Below, one piece after another: positions 47,671 through 58,787 of a DNA stretch of 64,000 nucleotides. The notes beneath the pieces were generated by a model. The model worked only from the letters and a program-made list of their open reading frames with translations. It did no database searches and was not told the DNA's origin. Made by a program: the position numbers and the translations under genes. The stretch covers positions 231,412-295,411 of the forward strand of contig JBAZZB010000002.1 in NCBI GenBank assembly GCA_041659045.1. The letters are read 5' to 3'. Every line of letters starts with the position of its first letter. Position 1 is the first letter of the stretch. Source of the stretch: Patescibacteria group bacterium. GTDB lineage: Bacteria > Patescibacteriota > Patescibacteriia > SG8-24 > DYFX01.

Positions 47671-48039
47671 ATGCCGAATCTTTTTCTCGAAAAATCGATT
47701 GACGTCAACACCCCGGCGGCAAAGGTCTGGAAGCATTTGTGCGAGAAGTACGCTTCTGATTGGGAGGTTGGCTCTTCAATTCAAGGGCGGGGCGCGGATG
47801 GAAAAATCCTGAAGCTGGAGCAGGAAAAGTTGCTGAAGCACAATCTCTTGCGCATGAGCGCTGACGGAGTTGCCACGCTTTCTTCTGTCATTACGTACGA
47901 GCTCCGCGAACACAACGGCATGACCATTCTGGTCGCGAGAGAAAGTTTTGCCGAAGCACAGAGCGACAAGGCATTTACAGAGGCGCTCTCGGGCTGGGAC
48001 GCGACATTGGCTGCCTTAAAGGCCGAAGCGGAGAAATAA
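47671..48039 (+). CDS. SRPBCC/AHSA1-like protein
   Basis: SIDVNTPAAKVW ... GWDATLAALKAEAE. Confidence 0.85.
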   Translation: MPNLFLEKSIDVNTPAAKVWKHLCEKYASDWEVGSSIQGRGADGKILKLEQEKLLKHNLLRMSADGVATLSSVITYELREHNGMTILVARESFAEAQSDKAFTEALSGWDATLAALKAEAEK

Positions 48040-48071
48040 AAAACGAGGGGCTTGCCCCTCGTTTTTTTGTA

Positions 48072-48485
48072 CTAGATGCGCTTGTGTGAAAGGACACAGC
48101 CAATCGCATGTGTCACTTTTTTTGAACCTTTTTCATATGCCGGCGCGATGTCCATGACCACATGCGTTTTACTGCCGTTTTTACGAACAAAGTCGTGCGC
48201 AATAGCACTCATCGCGTGCCCTTGGTAAAGATCCAGCAGGTCTTTGAGACCATCGCGAATGCCAGCATTCGCAAGAAGCGTATCGAAACGCGCTCGCGTA
48301 AGTTCCCTGCGATGATACCCCGTCAGTTCAAGAAAAGAATCGTTTGCGAAGATGAATCGCGCGTCTTTATCGAGAACAAAGCAGGGCGTCGGTAAACGTT
48401 TAATCCAAGCAAAAGGCACGGCTTGCAGCACGGCGCGCTTTCTTGTGGTTTGCCTTAAGACATTGATACTACGGGACTTCGGCAT
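48072..48485 (-). CDS. Stand-alone PAS domain protein
   Basis: FVLDKDARFIFANDSFLELTGY and VRKNGS. Confidence 0.85.
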   Translation of the reverse strand: MPKSRSINVLRQTTRKRAVLQAVPFAWIKRLPTPCFVLDKDARFIFANDSFLELTGYHRRELTRARFDTLLANAGIRDGLKDLLDLYQGHAMSAIAHDFVRKNGSKTHVVMDIAPAYEKGSKKVTHAIGCVLSHKRI

Positions 48486-48526
48486 GTGGGACTGCTATAC
48501 TTCAATGCAAATACAGTAGCAGACCT

Positions 48527-49198
48527 ATGACGAAGCATGAAGGCCATCGGCACGGTTCGACGGACGACACGCAGCACCTGAGCGCTCTTGAACATGCTCA
48601 TGGGCCGCTCCCGCAACTCATGATTGGCGACATCATCTTGGTTCGACACAAGAAGTCGCTCATTCGAAATTTTTTGCGTAAGATCACGAACAGCTATTGG
48701 GACCACGCAGCGCTCGTAATTTTTTCGAGAAACCCCGAGAAGGGCTACTCGAGCAATATTATTGCGGAAGCGATTCAGCATCGTGCCATCGACGCGTGGC
48801 GACGCGGTGTTGAGGTTCATAAAATGGATCGCTACCTCAACGAACCCGACTTGTACGACGTGGGCGTAAAACGTTGCATGGATATCGACGACGAAATTCG
48901 CGACCATGTGCGCGCATTCACGCTTATGAACGTCGACGCTCCGTATTATCGTCTTCCTCTCGCAGACCTCGCGCTCGCGTCTGTCTCGCGCGTCATTCGG
49001 AAGTTTGTCCTCAAGCGCCAACGATTCACATGCAGTGGCTTGATCCAAAAAGCCTATTGGAATGCGGCGCCGTGGGAGAGAAGGCATGGTTTTGCTTTCC
49101 GTGATTTTGGCGATTCGCCGATTGAACTGCAGGAACTTGTTTCGCCGGGCGATATCGCAAAAAGCGATGTCTGCGCGTGGATTTGGAATCGCCACTGA
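48527..49198 (+). CDS. Permuted papain-like amidase (YiiX/YebB N1pC/P60)
   Basis: GDIILV, YWDHAAL, FTCSGLI and SPGDI. Confidence 0.85.
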   Translation: MTKHEGHRHGSTDDTQHLSALEHAHGPLPQLMIGDIILVRHKKSLIRNFLRKITNSYWDHAALVIFSRNPEKGYSSNIIAEAIQHRAIDAWRRGVEVHKMDRYLNEPDLYDVGVKRCMDIDDEIRDHVRAFTLMNVDAPYYRLPLADLALASVSRVIRKFVLKRQRFTCSGLIQKAYWNAAPWERRHGFAFRDFGDSPIELQELVSPGDIAKSDVCAWIWNRH

Positions 49199-49199
49199 T

Positions 49200-49835
49200 A
49201 TGCACGTCGGTCGATATTCCGATATCAGGAGCGCGATGCGAAATCTGCAAGTCGCCGATATCATTCTCACGCGCACGAAAAACGCGAACTGGCTCTTGAG
49301 AGGCATTCGTAATGTCAGCCGTTCCCATTGGAATCACAGCGCTCTTGTTTTCCAAGTTGTTCATCAAGAAGACGCGGATCCGGAGGTACTGATCGTGGAA
49401 GCGCTTGATCATGGCATAGAAATCCATCGTCTACACAACTACCTCGACTCTAAGGAATTCGACATCGGTATCAAACGCATCCCGAACCTTACAGAGTCGG
49501 AGCGCGAACGTATCCTTGCCTACTTTCTAGAGAACATTGATACGCCGTACGATTTCACGAGACTCTTCGGATACGTGCTCAATCGCGCGGCGCTGAAAAT
49601 TGCAGGCGTGAGGATTCGCGACATGGTGGCGCAAAGGATCATCAACATCGACAACTTTGTTTGTTCCACGTTCACGCAGCGCGCGTTTTACCTTGGCGTC
49701 TCGCCCGACAAACGTGATCGCGTCATGTTTAAAGAGGGCGCTGATACGAACTTTCTCTACCAACTCGAGTTCATCTCTCCGGGAGACATTGCGAAGAGTA
49801 CCAACACCGACTGGCTCTACAACCCACACGAATGA
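49200..49835 (+). CDS. Permuted papain-like amidase paralog
   Basis: ADIILT, HWNHSAL, PYD, FVCSTF and SPGDI. Confidence 0.85.
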   Translation: MHVGRYSDIRSAMRNLQVADIILTRTKNANWLLRGIRNVSRSHWNHSALVFQVVHQEDADPEVLIVEALDHGIEIHRLHNYLDSKEFDIGIKRIPNLTESERERILAYFLENIDTPYDFTRLFGYVLNRAALKIAGVRIRDMVAQRIINIDNFVCSTFTQRAFYLGVSPDKRDRVMFKEGADTNFLYQLEFISPGDIAKSTNTDWLYNPHE

Positions 49836-49881
49836 GCGAACCCCTTGCGTGCTGCAAGGGGTTTTTGGTAGGGCGCTTCAT

Positions 49882-51399
49882 ATGCCTGCCAATATTCTTT
49901 CTGCCGCTTTGATCGGCGTCGACGCTGCGCCAATCGAAATTGAATCGGACGTTGCTAACGGCCTGCCCGCTTTCGTGATTGTCGGCTTGCCGGACGCCGC
50001 TGTCCAAGAGGCACGTGATCGCGTAAAGACTGCGCTCAAGAACAGCGGCTTCTCGTTTCCTCGAACTCGCCTGACCGTAAACCTTGCGCCGGCTGATCTT
50101 CGAAAAGCCGGACCGGCGTTCGATTTACCGATAGCGGTTTCCATCATGGTCGGGTCTGGAGAGCTGAAGTATGAGGCCGTGCAGGGCGCGCTCTTTCTCG
50201 GCGAACTCGCGCTCGACGGCTCGCTCCGTCCCGTCGCCGGAGTCTTGGCGGCCACTCTTCTCGCGAAAAAACTTGGTGCGACGCGTATCTTTGTGCCAAA
50301 AGAAAACGCGAGCGAGGCAGCGCTTGTGCCGAACATTCAAGTTTTTGGCGTGCCAACACTCTCCGTGCTTGCCGAGCATCTGCACGGCATACACGTGTTT
50401 GAGCCGCATCACGCGACGGAGCCAGCTGACGATGACGTGGGTGAAAGCGGGTATGACTTCGCGTCGATTGCCGGGTTAGAGCAAGCAAAACGAGCGCTGG
50501 AAATCGCCGCGGCGGGTGGTCATAATATTCTTCTCTCCGGTAGTCCGGGCGCGGGCAAAACTCTTCTCGCGCGTTCGATTCCATCGATCTTGCCGCGCAT
50601 GACGTATGAGGAGGCGCTTGAAGCGACAAGAATCCATAGCGTTGCGCATCTTCTACCGCGTTCGTCCCCTCTCTTGCAGTCACGTCCCTGGCGCGCGCCG
50701 CACCATACGGCAAGTACCGCGGCGATCATCGGCGGCGGTACAAATCCGCACCCAGGCGAAGTCACGCTCGCGCACCGTGGAGTTCTCTTTCTTGATGAGT
50801 TTCCAGAATTCCCGAGGCCCGTGCTTGAAGGTTTGCGACAGCCTCTTGAAGATCGACGCGTGACGGTCAGCCGTGCTTCTGGCACTTTGGAATTCCCCGC
50901 GTCGTTCATGCTCGTGGCCGCGCGCAATCCTTGTCCTTGCGGTTTTTTTGGCGACCCTGAACGCGCTTGCGTCTGCACACCATCATCACTCGAACGCTAC
51001 CGCAAGAAGATCTCCGGCCCGCTTCTTGATCGTATTGATCTCTACGTGGAAGTACCGCGCACACCGTACGAAAAACTCGCAGCAGCTGGAGAAGCGGAAA
51101 CATCGTTTGTCGTGCGAGGTCGTGTCAGCGCGGCAAGAGACGCGCAATCACGCCGCAATGCTTTTTTCGGAGCAATTACCAACGCGGATATTCGCGGCCG
51201 TGATCTTAAAAAGATATGCGTGATTCCGCGTGAGGCCGAGACGCTTTTGCTCGCCGCTTCCAAAGCACTGCATCTTTCGCCGCGCGCTATTCATCGCTGT
51301 CTCAAAGTCGCGCGCACGATTGCAGACCTCGCTGAACGAGAACGTATCGAAACTCCAGACGTCGCCGAAGCGTTGCAGTATCGACCGAAGCAGGAATAA
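49882..51399 (+). CDS. comM: ComM/YifB Mg-chelatase-like ATPase
   Basis: VGLPDAAV, GSPGAGKT, PHHTAS, LFLDEFPEF and ISGPLLDRID. Confidence 0.95.
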   Translation: MPANILSAALIGVDAAPIEIESDVANGLPAFVIVGLPDAAVQEARDRVKTALKNSGFSFPRTRLTVNLAPADLRKAGPAFDLPIAVSIMVGSGELKYEAVQGALFLGELALDGSLRPVAGVLAATLLAKKLGATRIFVPKENASEAALVPNIQVFGVPTLSVLAEHLHGIHVFEPHHATEPADDDVGESGYDFASIAGLEQAKRALEIAAAGGHNILLSGSPGAGKTLLARSIPSILPRMTYEEALEATRIHSVAHLLPRSSPLLQSRPWRAPHHTASTAAIIGGGTNPHPGEVTLAHRGVLFLDEFPEFPRPVLEGLRQPLEDRRVTVSRASGTLEFPASFMLVAARNPCPCGFFGDPERACVCTPSSLERYRKKISGPLLDRIDLYVEVPRTPYEKLAAAGEAETSFVVRGRVSAARDAQSRRNAFFGAITNADIRGRDLKKICVIPREAETLLLAASKALHLSPRAIHRCLKVARTIADLAERERIETPDVAEALQYRPKQE

Positions 51400-51429
51400 A
51401 AAATCCCGCAGCGTAGTAGCTGGCGGGTT

Positions 51430-51831
51430 TCAGTTCCAAGTGACGAACAAGAGGTAGATAGACTGCAGACCCATGAGGATCCACTGGGCGCGGGCGTGAA
51501 GCATCTCAGACCCATGAGGCCAGAACACGCCCTCAAGCAAGAGAAAGAGCGCAACGACAAGCAGCTGCACGAACATGAACAGAAGCGCCAGTCCGAGGTT
51601 GCCGCTGCCGCCCGACTTGGCGGTGTAAACGCTGACAAGGAACGTCAGGAACCCACCGAGGCCCACGAAGAACGTGAGCTTCCAGGCGAGCTCGCCGAAG
51701 TTGGTTGCGGGTGCGTAGGCAAGCGTGGCATACGAAAGCGCGGCAAGCGCAGCGATCGTCAGGCACACGACAACGAAACGGTTGAAGTCCCGGTTCGCAT
51801 CGTGATAGGCGTCCTCTGGAGGATGCGTCAT
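51430..51831 (-). CDS. Multi-pass membrane orphan, SD-led
   Basis: AAGGAG SD before ATG 51831, about four TM helices. Confidence 0.7.
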   Translation of the reverse strand: MTHPPEDAYHDANRDFNRFVVVCLTIAALAALSYATLAYAPATNFGELAWKLTFFVGLGGFLTFLVSVYTAKSGGSGNLGLALLFMFVQLLVVALFLLLEGVFWPHGSEMLHARAQWILMGLQSIYLLFVTWN

Positions 51832-51933
51832 CAGAATCTCCTTGGTTGAAAGACCTGTTGCTGTCACGAGCCTAGCAGAAGGTCTCGGTCGCATCAAGAG
51901 AAAACCCCCCGACATATGTCGAGGGGTTTTTCT

Positions 51934-52329
51934 TCAGACCGCGGGCGCGGCGGGCGGCGTTTGCGTCGGCGGTGTCGTCGGTTTGTCTTCCGTTCCGTAC
52001 GCGAGGTACACGTAGAGAATCAGGTTGAACGGCGAAAGGACAGCGACGAGTCCCCACCACTTTTCAACACCGAAACGTTCGCAGAGCGCCATCGTCGCCA
52101 TAATGAGCGCTACGATGTTCACAATCGGCAGGAAGAACAGAATCAGCCACCACATCGGCTTCTTCGCGATCTTGAGAAGCAGCACCATGTTGAGAAGCGG
52201 CAAAACCGCAAACCATTTCGGCTCCTCTTTCGTGCGATCCGCCATCTTCCAGAGCACGAACGTCATGACAACGTGAAAGAGGCTGAAAGCGACCCAGGGC
52301 GAGATCCCGAACGGTTGAGACTCAAACAT
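51934..52329 (-). CDS. DUF5684-like membrane protein
   Basis: LWKMA...WFAVLPLLN...KPMWWLIL...PIVN pattern. Confidence 0.8.
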   Translation of the reverse strand: MFESQPFGISPWVAFSLFHVVMTFVLWKMADRTKEEPKWFAVLPLLNMVLLLKIAKKPMWWLILFFLPIVNIVALIMATMALCERFGVEKWWGLVAVLSPFNLILYVYLAYGTEDKPTTPPTQTPPAAPAV

Positions 52330-52334
52330 AGTGG

Positions 52335-53705
52335 TTACTTATAGTAGGTAAGCGGGTTGACGCGTTTGCCGTTCACGTAGATCTCGAAGTGCAAGTGGGG
52401 TCCCGTTGAACGTCCTGTCGAGCCAACCATGCCGATCGTTTGTCCTTTAAGGACTTGGTCGCCGACCTTCACATACATCTTACTATGGTGCGCGTAGCGC
52501 GTAACCATGCCGTTGCCGTGATCGATCAGGACCATGTTTCCGTAGCCGCCGGAGTTCCAACCCGAGTAGGTAACGATACCGGCATCTACGGCGTAGGTCG
52601 CGTTCGAAAGACTGCCGTTGATGTCGAGTCCTGCGTGCCTGACTTTGAAGTATTGGTTGATGCGCTTCTGATCTGTCGGCCAAACAAGGTCGACGCCTTC
52701 CGCCGTTTGGCTCGGCGGAGCTTCCGCCGGAGGTTTGAAGACATCGCGTACGTCACCGAGGCGCGGCGGAGCAGCTGGGGCTGGGGCACGCGCGATGACC
52801 GGCGGTCGACCTTCCGGAATCACGAGCTCTTCCCCGATCTGAATCTGCGACGGCGAGGATACGCGGTTTGCCGCCAAGATCTTATCGACATCGGATCCGT
52901 ATTTTTTCGCAATCACACCGAGCGTCTCGCCACGCTTTACCGTATGCAGCACGCCGGTCACCGGAAGAATCGTCAGCTTCTGACCGAGGCGCAGTACCGA
53001 ACGCGCCGTGAGGTTGTTGGCCCAGAGCACCGTGTTGATGCTGACTCCGTATTTTTTCGCGATACTGCTCACGGAGTCGCCTTGTTGTACTTCATACAGG
53101 CTCGGCTTCGAAATCACGATCTCTTCATGCTCGACCGGGACTGGCTCATCCGTTCCACCGATCACGCCAGGAATCGCGACGCCACTTTGATCATACGTCA
53201 GCGGAGTCGTCTCGTTCGGCAGCGCAAGCGCAACTTGCTTCGTCGAAGTCGCACCACCGTCCGGCACGACGTTCAATTGTGATTCGGCGTACACGTCCCC
53301 AGAATCAGGGCTGACGTATTCATCCGTCGCCACGTTGAAGAGGTCGAAGAACATCGCCTGCTTCACTTCCTGACCGGCATCCGTGCTCGCACCGTGGGCG
53401 TACAAATTGCTGGTCGCGACAAAAACGGAAATAACCGCAATGACCGCATGGACAACGTAGCGATGACCGAAGATCGCAAAGAACGTGCGGCGCACCGGGG
53501 GCAAGAAGGTCGTTGCGGAAATCTTGAGACGCAACAACACTCGATAGAGAAAAAAGGCGATGCGACGCAAAAAAGCCTTCCAAAGAAAGACAAAGGGAAC
53601 AGCGACGATTTTCAAGAGAACAAAAAGCACCCTGCCAATTGCCTTTGCTAACGTTAGCAAAAACAAGAGGAACTTCACGAAGTACTTTTTAAGGGGTGTT
53701 GGCAT
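52335..53705 (-). CDS. LysM + M23 peptidase
   Basis: Two LysM repeats, HAGLDI, YAH and GPHLHFE. Confidence 0.95.
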   Translation of the reverse strand: MPTPLKKYFVKFLLFLLTLAKAIGRVLFVLLKIVAVPFVFLWKAFLRRIAFFLYRVLLRLKISATTFLPPVRRTFFAIFGHRYVVHAVIAVISVFVATSNLYAHGASTDAGQEVKQAMFFDLFNVATDEYVSPDSGDVYAESQLNVVPDGGATSTKQVALALPNETTPLTYDQSGVAIPGVIGGTDEPVPVEHEEIVISKPSLYEVQQGDSVSSIAKKYGVSINTVLWANNLTARSVLRLGQKLTILPVTGVLHTVKRGETLGVIAKKYGSDVDKILAANRVSSPSQIQIGEELVIPEGRPPVIARAPAPAAPPRLGDVRDVFKPPAEAPPSQTAEGVDLVWPTDQKRINQYFKVRHAGLDINGSLSNATYAVDAGIVTYSGWNSGGYGNMVLIDHGNGMVTRYAHHSKMYVKVGDQVLKGQTIGMVGSTGRSTGPHLHFEIYVNGKRVNPLTYYK

Positions 53706-53809
53706 TGAGAAACGCCTTTTTTCACTAATGTTAGCTGATTTTCACCCATCACAACCGTTGCAGCCGATATAGTCAGGGTAGGCCTTCAAATGGGGTGCGT
53801 CAAGGAAAT

Positions 53810-54436
53810 TCAGAGAGGAAAAAGCATCTTCTTTATGGGCGCGTAACTTTTTCTGTGTAGGGCGCTCACGCCAAGAGTGTGGAGCGCGGCCTGATGTTCC
53901 TTTGTGCCGTATCCTTTGTGTCGCGAAAATCCGTACCCCGGATAGAGCCCGTCGAGTCGATCCATTTCAAGATCACGTTCGACCTTGGCGATGACCGAAG
54001 CGGCTGCCACCGACTTGATCGTGAGGTCGCCGCGGATGACAGCTTTTTGCGGCATCGGCAGATTCGGAATACGAAAGGCGTCGGTCAACACAAACTGCGG
54101 AACCGTCGAGAGACCTTCAATCGCCCGACGCATGGCCAGAGCACCTGCCACACGAATGTTGAGTTGATCGATCTCTTCGGCCGACGCAATACCAACCGCC
54201 CAGGCCATCGCCTCGGCTTTAACGTCTCGTGCGACTCGTACACGTTGATCAAGTGAAAGCGTTTTTGAATCTCGAATCAATCCGATCCCGGAATCAAAAG
54301 GTAGAATCACCGCGGCGGCATAGACGGGGCCGGCCCAGCAACCACATCCCGCCTCATCAACACCAGCGACAATCGCAAATCCCTGCGCTAAAAGAGCACG
54401 TTCTTCTTTAAAGGTTGGAATCACTACTGGAGCCAT
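53810..54436 (-). CDS. rnhB: Ribonuclease HII
   Basis: GVDEAG, DSK, AAASVIAKV and HKGYGT. Confidence 0.96.
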   Translation of the reverse strand: MAPVVIPTFKEERALLAQGFAIVAGVDEAGCGCWAGPVYAAAVILPFDSGIGLIRDSKTLSLDQRVRVARDVKAEAMAWAVGIASAEEIDQLNIRVAGALAMRRAIEGLSTVPQFVLTDAFRIPNLPMPQKAVIRGDLTIKSVAAASVIAKVERDLEMDRLDGLYPGYGFSRHKGYGTKEHQAALHTLGVSALHRKSYAPIKKMLFPL

Positions 54437-54526
54437 ATTTCATTTATATTGACACTATCTGCGTCTGCTGTTAACCTCCATTCTTGTCAGAGGGCTTACG
54501 TAGACCATCCCTGAAAGGAGAGGCCG

Positions 54527-54922
54527 ATGAGAGCCTCCAACAAAGACGAAGAGTGCGTAGAGAGCAGTGAGCAGCGCGAGTGTCGTCCGCGCTATGCACC
54601 GCATCTTCACATGGGCGGACGTCTGCCAACAACCATCGTTGTTGAGCAGTACGAAAGGGACATCCTCACGAGAGAATCGGAGGAGAGCATCCCTCGCGCT
54701 TCGGTGCAGTACTCGCGGGTCACGATCGGTCACGGTCGGACGCGCTTCCTCGGGCCGAAGAAGCTCAACCAGTTCCTCAGCATCGAGCTGGGGCTTCGCG
54801 ACTGGTTGGAACAGGACGAACCGGATGAGGACATGTTCGAATACGAGCTGGATGACGATGCGCACGAGGACCAAGCCTCCTTCAGCGAGCTCGAAGCTGA
54901 CGACAACCCACACCTGAACTGA
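54527..54922 (+). CDS. Hypothetical protein with acidic C-terminus, SD-led
   Basis: TTGACA-17-TAACCT promoter, AAGGAG SD, own terminator. Confidence 0.7.
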   Translation: MRASNKDEECVESSEQRECRPRYAPHLHMGGRLPTTIVVEQYERDILTRESEESIPRASVQYSRVTIGHGRTRFLGPKKLNQFLSIELGLRDWLEQDEPDEDMFEYELDDDAHEDQASFSELEADDNPHLN

Positions 54923-55042
54923 TCAATCCGCCCATACGGTCTCACACGTGCCGAACCCTGCGTTCGGCCTTTTTTATTGACAGTTTTAGCTTATTTTCAT
55001 AAAGTAGCTCTGTTGTTTTATTCATAGTTTTCGGGACTCGGT

Positions 55043-57043
55043 ATGTCCAATGTTCTCATTTTTGCCTTGGCAGCGGGCTTGGTAGCCGTCGGCTACGGTC
55101 TGTTCCTGGCCAAGTGGATCCTGAAGCGCCCCGCCGGTGACGCCAAAATGCAGGCGATCGCTGAAGCGATTCAGGAAGGTGCGAAAGCCTATCTCGGTCG
55201 TCAGACCAAGAGCATGGCCTACGTCGCCGCCGCGCTTACGCTCGTCATCTGGTGGGCCCTCGGCCTTACCTCGGCCGTCGGCTTCCTTATCGGAGCCGTC
55301 CTGTCCGCAGCCGCTGGTTACATCGGCATGATGATCTCGGTCAAAGCCAACGTGCGCACGACCGAAGCCGCAAAAAGCGGAATGGCCGCGGCGCTCGACA
55401 TGGCCGTTAAGGGCGGAACCGTCACGGGACTTCTCGTCGTCGGTCTTGCGATCATCGGCGTTGCCGGCTTCTATGCCGTCACGAAGGATGTCGCCGCACT
55501 CGTCTCGCTCGGTTTCGGTGGTTCGTTGATTTCCGTCTTCGCCCGTTTGGGTGGCGGCATCTTCACGAAGGCCGCTGACGTCGGTGCTGACCTCGTCGGT
55601 AAAGTCGAAGCTGGTATTCCGGAAGACGACCCGCGCAACCCGGCCGTTATTGCCGACAACGTCGGTGACAACGTCGGCGACTGCGCAGGTATGGCCGCTG
55701 ACCTCTTCGAGACGTATGCCGTCACGGCCATCGCCGCGATGTTGCTCGGTTCCCTTGTTTTCGAAGACGTCCCGGCCGCGGTTCTCTACCCGCTCGCAAT
55801 TGGCGCCGTGTCGATCGTGACAAGCATCATCGGCACGCTCTTCATCAAGCTTGGAGCCAAGCAGAACATCATGGGCGCCCTCTATAAGGGTCTCATCGTT
55901 TCCGGTGTGCTCTCGGCTGTCGCTTTCTACCCGCTTACGAAGTGGATGTTTGCTGACACGGGCATTGCACCGATGCGCTTGTTCCTCTCGTCGCTCGTCG
56001 GCGTCGCCGTCACGGGCCTCATGATTTGGATCACCGAATACTACACGGGCACTCAGTACAAGCCGGTCCAAGACATCGCCAAGGCTTCTGAAACGGGCCA
56101 CGGCACGAACATCATCGAAGGCCTCGCGGTCTCGATGAAGTCGACCGCCTATCCGATTCTCGTCATCGCCGCTGGCATCTTGCTCTCCTACGGTTGGGCA
56201 GGCGTCTACGGCGTGGCTGTCGCATCGATGGCGATGTTGTCCTTCGCGGGCATTGTCGTCACGATCGACGCCTTCGGTCCGATCACGGACAACGCGGGCG
56301 GCATCGCCGAAATGGCGGGCCTTCCGAAAGAAGTCCGCGACGTCACCGATCCGCTCGACGCGGTCGGCAACACGACCAAAGCCGTCACCAAGGGCTACGC
56401 GATCGCTTCCGCCGGACTCGCCGCCGTCGTGCTGTTCTCCTCGTTCCTCGAGGACTTCAAGCGCTACTACGGTCTCTCCTCGGTTTCGTTCGACCTCGCT
56501 GACGTGCGCGTGCTGATCGGCCTCCTCATTGGTGGCATGATCCCCTACCTCTTCGCCTCGATGGGCATGCAAGCCGTCGGACGCGCCGCTGGCGCCGTCG
56601 TTGAAGAAGTTCGCCGCCAGTTCCGCGAGATCAAAGGCATCATGGACGGTTCCGGCAAGCCGGATTACGGCGCGGCCGTCGACATCGTCACGAAGTCCGC
56701 TCTGCGCGAGATGATCAAGCCGGCGCTTCTGCCCGTCTTGGTCCCTGTCGCGGTCGGCCTCATCCTCGGCCCAATGGCGCTCGGCGGTCTCCTCGTCGGT
56801 ACCATCGTCACCGGTCTCTTCGTCGGTCTCTCCATGACAACCGGCGGCGCGGCTTGGGACAACGCCAAGAAGTACATCGAAGCGGGCCACCACGGTGGTA
56901 AGGGTTCCTTCGCCCACCAAGCAGCTGTCACCGGCGACACCGTCGGCGATCCGTACAAGGACACGGCTGGTCCGGCGATCAACCCGATGATCAAGATCAT
57001 CAACATCGTCGCCCTGCTCTTGATTCCGTTCCTCCTGAAGTAA
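55043..57043 (+). CDS. hppA: Membrane-integral pyrophosphatase, K+-independent H+-pumping type
   Basis: [26 protein letters not shown] (Lys determinant) and [10 protein letters not shown]. Confidence 0.95.
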   Translation: MSNVLIFALAAGLVAVGYGLFLAKWILKRPAGDAKMQAIAEAIQEGAKAYLGRQTKSMAYVAAALTLVIWWALGLTSAVGFLIGAVLSAAAGYIGMMISVKANVRTTEAAKSGMAAALDMAVKGGTVTGLLVVGLAIIGVAGFYAVTKDVAALVSLGFGGSLISVFARLGGGIFTKAADVGADLVGKVEAGIPEDDPRNPAVIADNVGDNVGDCAGMAADLFETYAVTAIAAMLLGSLVFEDVPAAVLYPLAIGAVSIVTSIIGTLFIKLGAKQNIMGALYKGLIVSGVLSAVAFYPLTKWMFADTGIAPMRLFLSSLVGVAVTGLMIWITEYYTGTQYKPVQDIAKASETGHGTNIIEGLAVSMKSTAYPILVIAAGILLSYGWAGVYGVAVASMAMLSFAGIVVTIDAFGPITDNAGGIAEMAGLPKEVRDVTDPLDAVGNTTKAVTKGYAIASAGLAAVVLFSSFLEDFKRYYGLSSVSFDLADVRVLIGLLIGGMIPYLFASMGMQAVGRAAGAVVEEVRRQFREIKGIMDGSGKPDYGAAVDIVTKSALREMIKPALLPVLVPVAVGLILGPMALGGLLVGTIVTGLFVGLSMTTGGAAWDNAKKYIEAGHHGGKGSFAHQAAVTGDTVGDPYKDTAGPAINPMIKIINIVALLLIPFLLK

Positions 57044-57192
57044 GAGGACAACAAACCTCTCGACGTACGTCGAGAGGTTTTTTTGTACCCATTCCACAAA
57101 TCCTGCCAGGAATGAGGAAAGATTGACGCCGCACGCATCACCTGATACGTTCCGCTGTCGGAGTAGCTTTCCCAACCGACAAGGAGCCAGCG

Positions 57193-57912
57193 ATGCATGA
57201 CGATGATGATGATAACGGACGCAGCGGAATGTTCTTGCTCGTCTTCTTCGGACTCATTGCCGCCTACGCGGCCACGGGCCTGGTCTTGGGTCTTTTCAGT
57301 TCCCTCGCACGTGACCTGACAGCCTTCTCGACTGGCTCGTACGCCACCATCGCCGCCCGTGATGACGGTGTGTCGATGATTGTGGCCAATGCCATGACGA
57401 TGGCCGTCATCACGCTTCCGCTGTCTGTCATCCCAACGCTTATCGTCGGCAGACTCATCAGGCGCGGTCAGCAGACGAAGAAGCCGGCCGTCCAAATGCT
57501 CGTGCCCCAGCCAGGCAAGAAACCGCTGACGGGGTGGCGGGCGCTCATCATGGCCCTGCACAAGATCGCCGCTGTTGTGTTCTACGAGGAGTTCTACACG
57601 CGCTGGATCTTCCTCGGGGTCTTGGCGAGTCTTGCTTGGTTCCAGGGCCCCGTCGCCTTCTATACGCTGTTCTTCATCGGTAACGGCGCCTGGGCGCTTG
57701 TTCACCTGACGAACTACCCGGCGGGTGCGCGGAATCCCCTCCGTATCCTGCCGCATTTCTTCCTCGGGATCCCGATGACGATCATGTTCCTGCGGTACGG
57801 TCTGCTCGGCGCCTTCATCGGACACTTCCTCTGGAACATGATCCCGATCCTTCCCGCCTGGATCGATCAGATCAAGCGCGGCGTACCGCTCACCCTCAAA
57901 AGCTCCGGCTGA
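57193..57912 (+). CDS. CPBP/Abi family intramembrane protease, SD-led
   Basis: EEFYTR, WALVH and IGHFLWN. AAGGAG SD. Confidence 0.8.
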   Translation: MHDDDDDNGRSGMFLLVFFGLIAAYAATGLVLGLFSSLARDLTAFSTGSYATIAARDDGVSMIVANAMTMAVITLPLSVIPTLIVGRLIRRGQQTKKPAVQMLVPQPGKKPLTGWRALIMALHKIAAVVFYEEFYTRWIFLGVLASLAWFQGPVAFYTLFFIGNGAWALVHLTNYPAGARNPLRILPHFFLGIPMTIMFLRYGLLGAFIGHFLWNMIPILPAWIDQIKRGVPLTLKSSG

Positions 57913-57982
57913 TCGGAGCTTTTTTTAGTCTTGACGTGCTGGTCATCGAACGCTATAAGAGAGGCATCACCACGGAGGTGTC

Positions 57983-58672
57983 ATGCCAGTCTTTTCAAAC
58001 TCTCTCGAACTCGAGCGGCGCATGATCGCGCTCGGGACCGATCGAGCGTTGATGTCAGCATCATTTGAGCGCTTGGAAGCGTTCAAGAAGCGGTTTCGTG
58101 ACGAGAAGTACATGCTCATGTCACCGAAGCAGCTCGAGAAGAGCACGAACCTCGCAACGGGTACGGAAAGGGATACGGAAAAGAAGTTCGATAAGGAGGG
58201 TTTGGCCGAGGCGCTTGCCGTCGTGACCGGCACTCCGAAGTGCGACATCTCGTTCCTTCGACTCGAAGAGTGTCGGGCGATGCCGCGCAACAAACAGTTC
58301 GACCTCTACGAACTCGCGCGCGCCAATTCGCCGCGCCGCAAACTCATCACCCCAACCTATCGACGGTTTGTGGCTTTGAAGGACGAGGACGGCCGTACGA
58401 TGGGCGACGTCGTCCATGGCGCGATCGGCACGCGACGTATGACGCTGGCGCTCGACAACACCTTCGGCAATGCCTTCGCGAGCTTGTTGAAGCACGACAT
58501 CGTTGCGCTCTGGGTTACGCACTTCATGTCGCTCGTACCGCCAAAACAGGGCAAGCTCCCGGACATTGGCCGCGCGGGCGCGACTGGCAACATGGTCGAG
58601 TACGTCACCAAGGTGCTTCCTGCGGCGTACCTCCCCAAGAATCCGGCACAATGGATCGTCTTCACCGCATGA
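57983..58672 (+). CDS. Hypothetical protein, SD-led
   Basis: GGAGGT SD, TTGACG promoter at 57931. Confidence 0.7.
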   Translation: MPVFSNSLELERRMIALGTDRALMSASFERLEAFKKRFRDEKYMLMSPKQLEKSTNLATGTERDTEKKFDKEGLAEALAVVTGTPKCDISFLRLEECRAMPRNKQFDLYELARANSPRRKLITPTYRRFVALKDEDGRTMGDVVHGAIGTRRMTLALDNTFGNAFASLLKHDIVALWVTHFMSLVPPKQGKLPDIGRAGATGNMVEYVTKVLPAAYLPKNPAQWIVFTA

Positions 58673-58787
58673 CCCGCTACGGGTCATTTTCTTTTTCCAA
58701 ACTCGGTACGTCGGTCGTAATTGAAGTGCCTTGACTCCGCTTCGTTTTTCCGCCACACTACCCGAGATTCACCACCTCTTCTTATAT

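Noticed and set aside
55022-57175. Long antisense ORFs (717 aa here; also opposite pnp, vanW, dnaA and others)
   Set aside because: These are shadow frames of high-GC3 genes with clear sense-strand identities.
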